32,000 nt of DNA from a cyanobacterium endosymbiont of Braarudosphaera bigelowii (lineage in GTDB: Bacteria; Cyanobacteriota; Cyanobacteriia; Cyanobacteriales; Microcystaceae): positions 1,050,001-1,082,000 of the forward strand of contig NZ_AP024987.1 of assembly GCF_020885515.1 (NCBI RefSeq). The letters run 5' to 3'. Made by a program: the position numbers and the translations under genes. The notes under the pieces were generated by a model. The model ran no database searches. It saw nothing but the letters and a program-made list of their open reading frames with translations, and was not told the origin of the DNA. Position 1 is the stretch's first letter; each line of letters opens with the position of its first letter. Below are positions 28,182-32,000 of the stretch, one piece after another.

Positions 28182-29066
28182 ATGTGGGAATATACAGACA
28201 AAGTGATGGACCTTTTTCATAACCCTAGAAACCAAGGGGTAATCGATGAGAAAGAAAATGGGCAGGCTATTACGACTGGAGAAGTAGGTAGTATTGCTTG
28301 TGGAGATGCGTTAAAGCTACACCTAAAAATTGATGAAAATAGTCAGACTATTATTGAAGCCCGCTTCCAAACTTTTGGGTGTGCTTCCGCTATTGCTTCT
28401 TCTTCTGCATTAACGGAGTTGCTAGTCGGTAAAACCTTAGACGAAGCTCTTAGTCTTACAAACAAGGAAATAGCAGATTATCTAGGAGGACTACCAGAAG
28501 AAAAGATGCACTGTTCTGTAATGGGTCAAGAAGCTTTAGAAGCCGCAATTTTCAATTACAGAGGCATTCCTTTAGATAATCATGAAGATGACGAAGGAGC
28601 ACTCATCTGTCGTTGTTTTGGAGTAACTAATACAAGAATCCATCGCATTATTCTTGAAAATAGCCTAACTACAGCTGAACAAGTAACTAATTATGTTAAA
28701 GCTGGTGGTGGATGTGGCTCCTGTTTAACTGACATCGATGACATTATTGCTGACGTCACAGAAAAGAGACTTGTTTCAGTAGAAGATATATCTCCACAAA
28801 CTGATGTACCCGAATTAGAAGTAAAAGTACTGACTAATCTGCAAAAAATTACACTTATTCAAAAAGTCCTGGAAGAAGAAGTTAAACCTACCTTAGCTAA
28901 GGATGGGGGAGATGTAGAGCTATTTGATATAGAAGGTAATTTAATTAAAGTTGTTTTAAAAGGAGCTTGTAGTTCTTGTAGCAGCAGTACATTTACTCTG
29001 AAAACTGCTATTGAAGCTAGGCTACGAGAACGAGTCTCTAAAGATTTAGCTGTCATTGCTGTATAA
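28182..29066 (+). CDS. nifU: Fe-S cluster scaffold protein NifU
   Basis: 294 aa, three modules. IscU-like N-terminus (GSIACGDALKLHL...FQTFGCASAIASSS...MHCSVMG), central 2Fe-2S module (CRCFGVT...GGGCGSC), Nfu-like C-terminus (DGGDVELFDIEGN...LKGACSSCSSSTFTLK). Confidence 0.96.
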   Translation: MWEYTDKVMDLFHNPRNQGVIDEKENGQAITTGEVGSIACGDALKLHLKIDENSQTIIEARFQTFGCASAIASSSALTELLVGKTLDEALSLTNKEIADYLGGLPEEKMHCSVMGQEALEAAIFNYRGIPLDNHEDDEGALICRCFGVTNTRIHRIILENSLTTAEQVTNYVKAGGGCGSCLTDIDDIIADVTEKRLVSVEDISPQTDVPELEVKVLTNLQKITLIQKVLEEEVKPTLAKDGGDVELFDIEGNLIKVVLKGACSSCSSSTFTLKTAIEARLRERVSKDLAVIAV

Positions 29067-29134
29067 GCATCAGATACACCGAATATACAATTAATTTAAC
29101 ACGAGGTAAAGAACATGATTAATCAAAAGAAAGG

Positions 29135-29169
29135 TGAGGAGCGATCTCCACCATGAGCATTGCTCCTCA
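29135..29169 (+). promoter_or_regulatory. Stem-loop in the nifU-nifH spacer / nifH leader
   Basis: tgaggagcgat (29135-29145) pairs with attgctcctca (29159-29169): 10 Watson-Crick pairs plus one G-U, with a 13-nt loop. A mutually exclusive smaller hairpin ggtg(ag)gag-cgat-ctccacc (29133-29152) uses the same 5' arm. Function is not established. Confidence 0.35.
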
Positions 29170-29272
29170 TATCGAAAGATGCATTTCTAGGCAAAAAATA
29201 ATTGCGTAATTTAGCTTTTATTCATTGCGCTTAGATCAACTATTCTTTCATTTTTTATATACTCACCTCTAA

Positions 29273-30157
<885 letters not shown>

Positions 30158-30325
30158 TAGGTCGATCTAGTCACATAGATCTGAAAATATTCCAGGGCAA
30201 AAGTAAATAGGAAATGGTAACTAGTTTTATTGTTGATTAATTATCAGCTTAAAATTAAACCGATTCTTTTGCCTTAAAATTTCCTTACTAAATTGTCCTT
30301 TGTCTAAAACCTTAAGAGGATCATT

Positions 30326-31768
30326 ATGGCAACAGTCGAAGAAAATAAGAAGCTCATTGCCGACGTTTTGGCAACTTATCCTGCAAAAGCTGCTAAAAAA
30401 CGTAATAAGCACCTTGGTGTTTATGAAGAAGGAGCTGATGATTGTGGTGTTAAATCCAACAAAGTATCTCTACCAGGTGTTATGACCGCTCGCGGTTGTG
30501 CTTATGCTGGATCCAAAGGGGTAGTTTGGGGTCCTATTAAAGATATGATTCATATCTCTCATGGACCTGTTGGTTGTGGTTACTACTCTTGGTCTGGTCG
30601 TCGTAACTACTACATCGGAGTAACCGGAGTAGATAGTTTCGGTACCATGAACTTCACATCTGACTTCCAAGAACGTGATGTTGTTTTTGGTGGAGACACA
30701 AAACTAAGTCAACTTATTGACGAAGTTGAAATATTATTCCCTCTTAATGGTGGTATTTCAGTTCAATCAGAATGTCCTATTGGTTTAATTGGAGATGATA
30801 TTGAAGCAGTATCTCGTGCAAAAACCAAAGAAATCGGCAAACAAGTTATTCCTGTTCGTTGCGAAGGATTCCGCGGAGTTTCTCAATCCTTAGGACATCA
30901 CATTGCTAACGATGTGATTCGTGATTGGGTTTTCCCAGTTGCTGATAAAGAAATTGCTGAAAAAGGCAATGAAGGTACTCCTTATGATGTTGCTATCATT
31001 GGTGACTACAATATTGGTGGAGATGCTTGGTCCAGTCGTATTCTTTTAGAAGAAATGGGACTACGTGTTATTGCTCAGTGGTCTGGTGATGGTACCTTCA
31101 CTGAAATGAAAGCAACACCTAGCGTTAAGTTAAACCTAGTCCATTGCTACCGTTCCATGAACTACATTAGTCGTCACATGGAAGAAAAATACGGTATTCC
31201 TTGGTTAGAATACAACTTCTTTGGACCCAGCAAAATTATTGAATCTTTAAGAGCAATTGCTGAGCGTTTTGATGACACAATTCAACAAAAAGCTGAAGCA
31301 GTAATCGCTAAATATAAAGAGCAAGCTGATGGTATTATAGCTAAATATCGCCCTCGTTTAGAAGGCAAAACCGTCATGATGATGGTTGGTGGATTACGTC
31401 CTCGTCACGTTGTTCCTGCTTTCAAAGATTTGGGAATGGAAATCATCGGAACTGGATATGAGTTTGCTCATGGTGATGACTATAAACGTACTACTCACTA
31501 TGTTAAAGACGCTACCCTTATCTATGATGATGTTACTGGTTATGAGTTCGAAGAATTTGTTAAAGAACTTAAGCCTGATTTAGTAGCTGCAGGAATTAAA
31601 GAGAAGTATGTCTTCCAAAAAATGGCTCTTCCTTTCCGCCAAATGCACTCTTGGGATTATTCAGGTCCTTACCACGGTTATGATGGCTTTGCTATCTTTG
31701 CACGTGATATGGATTTAGCCCTTAACAATCCTACTTGGGGACTAGTTGGAACCCCTTGGAATAAATAA
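30326..31768 (+). CDS. nifD: Nitrogenase molybdenum-iron protein alpha chain NifD
   Basis: 480 aa. [39 protein letters not shown], the FeMo-co Cys region [18 protein letters not shown], and [23 protein letters not shown] lies at 30316-30320. Confidence 0.98.
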   Translation: MATVEENKKLIADVLATYPAKAAKKRNKHLGVYEEGADDCGVKSNKVSLPGVMTARGCAYAGSKGVVWGPIKDMIHISHGPVGCGYYSWSGRRNYYIGVTGVDSFGTMNFTSDFQERDVVFGGDTKLSQLIDEVEILFPLNGGISVQSECPIGLIGDDIEAVSRAKTKEIGKQVIPVRCEGFRGVSQSLGHHIANDVIRDWVFPVADKEIAEKGNEGTPYDVAIIGDYNIGGDAWSSRILLEEMGLRVIAQWSGDGTFTEMKATPSVKLNLVHCYRSMNYISRHMEEKYGIPWLEYNFFGPSKIIESLRAIAERFDDTIQQKAEAVIAKYKEQADGIIAKYRPRLEGKTVMMMVGGLRPRHVVPAFKDLGMEIIGTGYEFAHGDDYKRTTHYVKDATLIYDDVTGYEFEEFVKELKPDLVAAGIKEKYVFQKMALPFRQMHSWDYSGPYHGYDGFAIFARDMDLALNNPTWGLVGTPWNK

Positions 31769-31780
31769 AAAAGGCTGAAT

Positions 31781-31833
31781 GTGGAGGATGAGGAGATTTT
31801 TTATCCCCTCTCCCTTCCCCTCCCCCCTTTTCT
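31781..31833 (+). other. Purine block + T6 + 30-nt all-pyrimidine block with four C-tracts (G-quadruplex motif on the minus strand) in the nifD-nifK spacer
   Basis: gtggaggatgaggaga (31781-31796), tttttt (31797-31802), then an uninterrupted pyrimidine run 31804-31833 with C4 (31805-08), C3 (31812-14), C4 (31817-20) and C6 (31822-27). The complement reads G6-A-G4-AA-G3-AGA-G4. GGAGA (31792-96) can pair with TCTCC (31809-13), and GGAGG (31783-87) with CCTCC (31819-23). Confidence 0.6.
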
Positions 31834-31878
31834 AAGGATTCTTTGTCCGAGACACACATCCACACGGAGTTACTAAAG

Positions 31879-32000
31879 ATGGCCCAAAACGTAAATAAAA
31901 TTAAAGATCACGTCGAACTATTTCACCAGCCTGAGTATAAAGAACTGTTTGCTAATAAAAAACAGTTTGAAGGAATGCCTACTGCTGAAAAAGTTAAAGA
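31879..32000 (+). CDS. nifK: Nitrogenase molybdenum-iron protein beta chain NifK, 5' end only (runs off the window)
   Basis: MAQNVNKIKDHVELFHQPEYKELFANKKQFEGMPTAEKVK... The position directly after nifD and the D-H-x-x-LF...EY..LF..K..FE pattern are typical of the NifK N-terminus. RBS ACGGAG lies at 31864-31869. Confidence 0.92.
   Translation, partial: MAQNVNKIKDHVELFHQPEYKELFANKKQFEGMPTAEKVK

Noticed and set aside
28859-29056. 65-aa minus-strand ORF
   Set aside because: It is antisense to the nifU C-terminal Nfu domain.
29115-29156. 13-codon ORF in the nifH leader as a real leader peptide
   Set aside because: There is no evidence beyond a weak upstream GAGG. It is mentioned only as part of the structural hypothesis.
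30164-30181. Short hairpin GATCTA-N6-TAGATC just after the nifH stop (contains two GATC sites)
   Set aside because: The stem is only 6 bp and no U-tract follows. This is too weak to call a terminator or a regulatory element.
30227-31583. Four short ORFs (30227-30412 minus, 30300-30485 plus, 30470-30670 minus, 31386-31583 plus)
   Set aside because: They are out-of-frame or antisense overlaps with nifD, whose frame is unambiguous.

Overview
This is an AT-rich cyanobacterial chromosome segment (roughly 30% G+C by eye, not computed). The left ~20 kb carries housekeeping genes: the 3' part of rpoC2, pdxH, a PIN/TRAM membrane protein, a PlsC-type acyltransferase, a DUF4168-like protein, hypF, gcvH, ispH, a DUF3082-like membrane protein, a RodZ-like HTH protein, a pseudouridine synthase, a GT39/ArnT-like glycosyltransferase, a PAP2 phosphatase, a DUF697-type GTPase, an orphan Dam methyltransferase, pdxA and petM (petM is below the ORF-track cutoff). 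The right ~12 kb is the core of a nitrogen-fixation cluster, laid out as in unicellular Cyanothece/Crocosphaera-type cyanobacteria. On the minus strand lie an ArsC-like nitrogenase-associated gene, nifT, nifZ, nifV and a small DUF2949-like ORF. These diverge from nifB, a decayed fdxN, nifS, nifU, nifH, nifD and the 5' end of nifK on the plus strand. My CDS calls sum to about 25.8 of 32 kb. I saw no rRNA, tRNA, CRISPR array, transposase, integrase or phage genes. The strong AT bias, compact gene packing, intact nif/hypF/petM and signs of gene decay inside the nif cluster fit a genome-reduced N2-fixing cyanobacterial symbiont or organelle (UCYN-A or diatom spheroid-body type), which I cannot confirm without a database search. 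I did not find a convincing novel multi-gene system. The most unusual items are: (1) a decayed fdxN in the nifB-nifS slot; (2) a G-quadruplex/i-motif-capable purine/pyrimidine element in the nifD-nifK spacer, very atypical for this composition; (3) a 1.2 kb gene-free divergent region upstream of nifB holding an orphan bidirectional terminator-like hairpin; (4) nested exact direct repeats upstream of the nitrogenase-associated ArsC-like gene; (5) several long perfect AT-rich hairpins in intergenic spacers.
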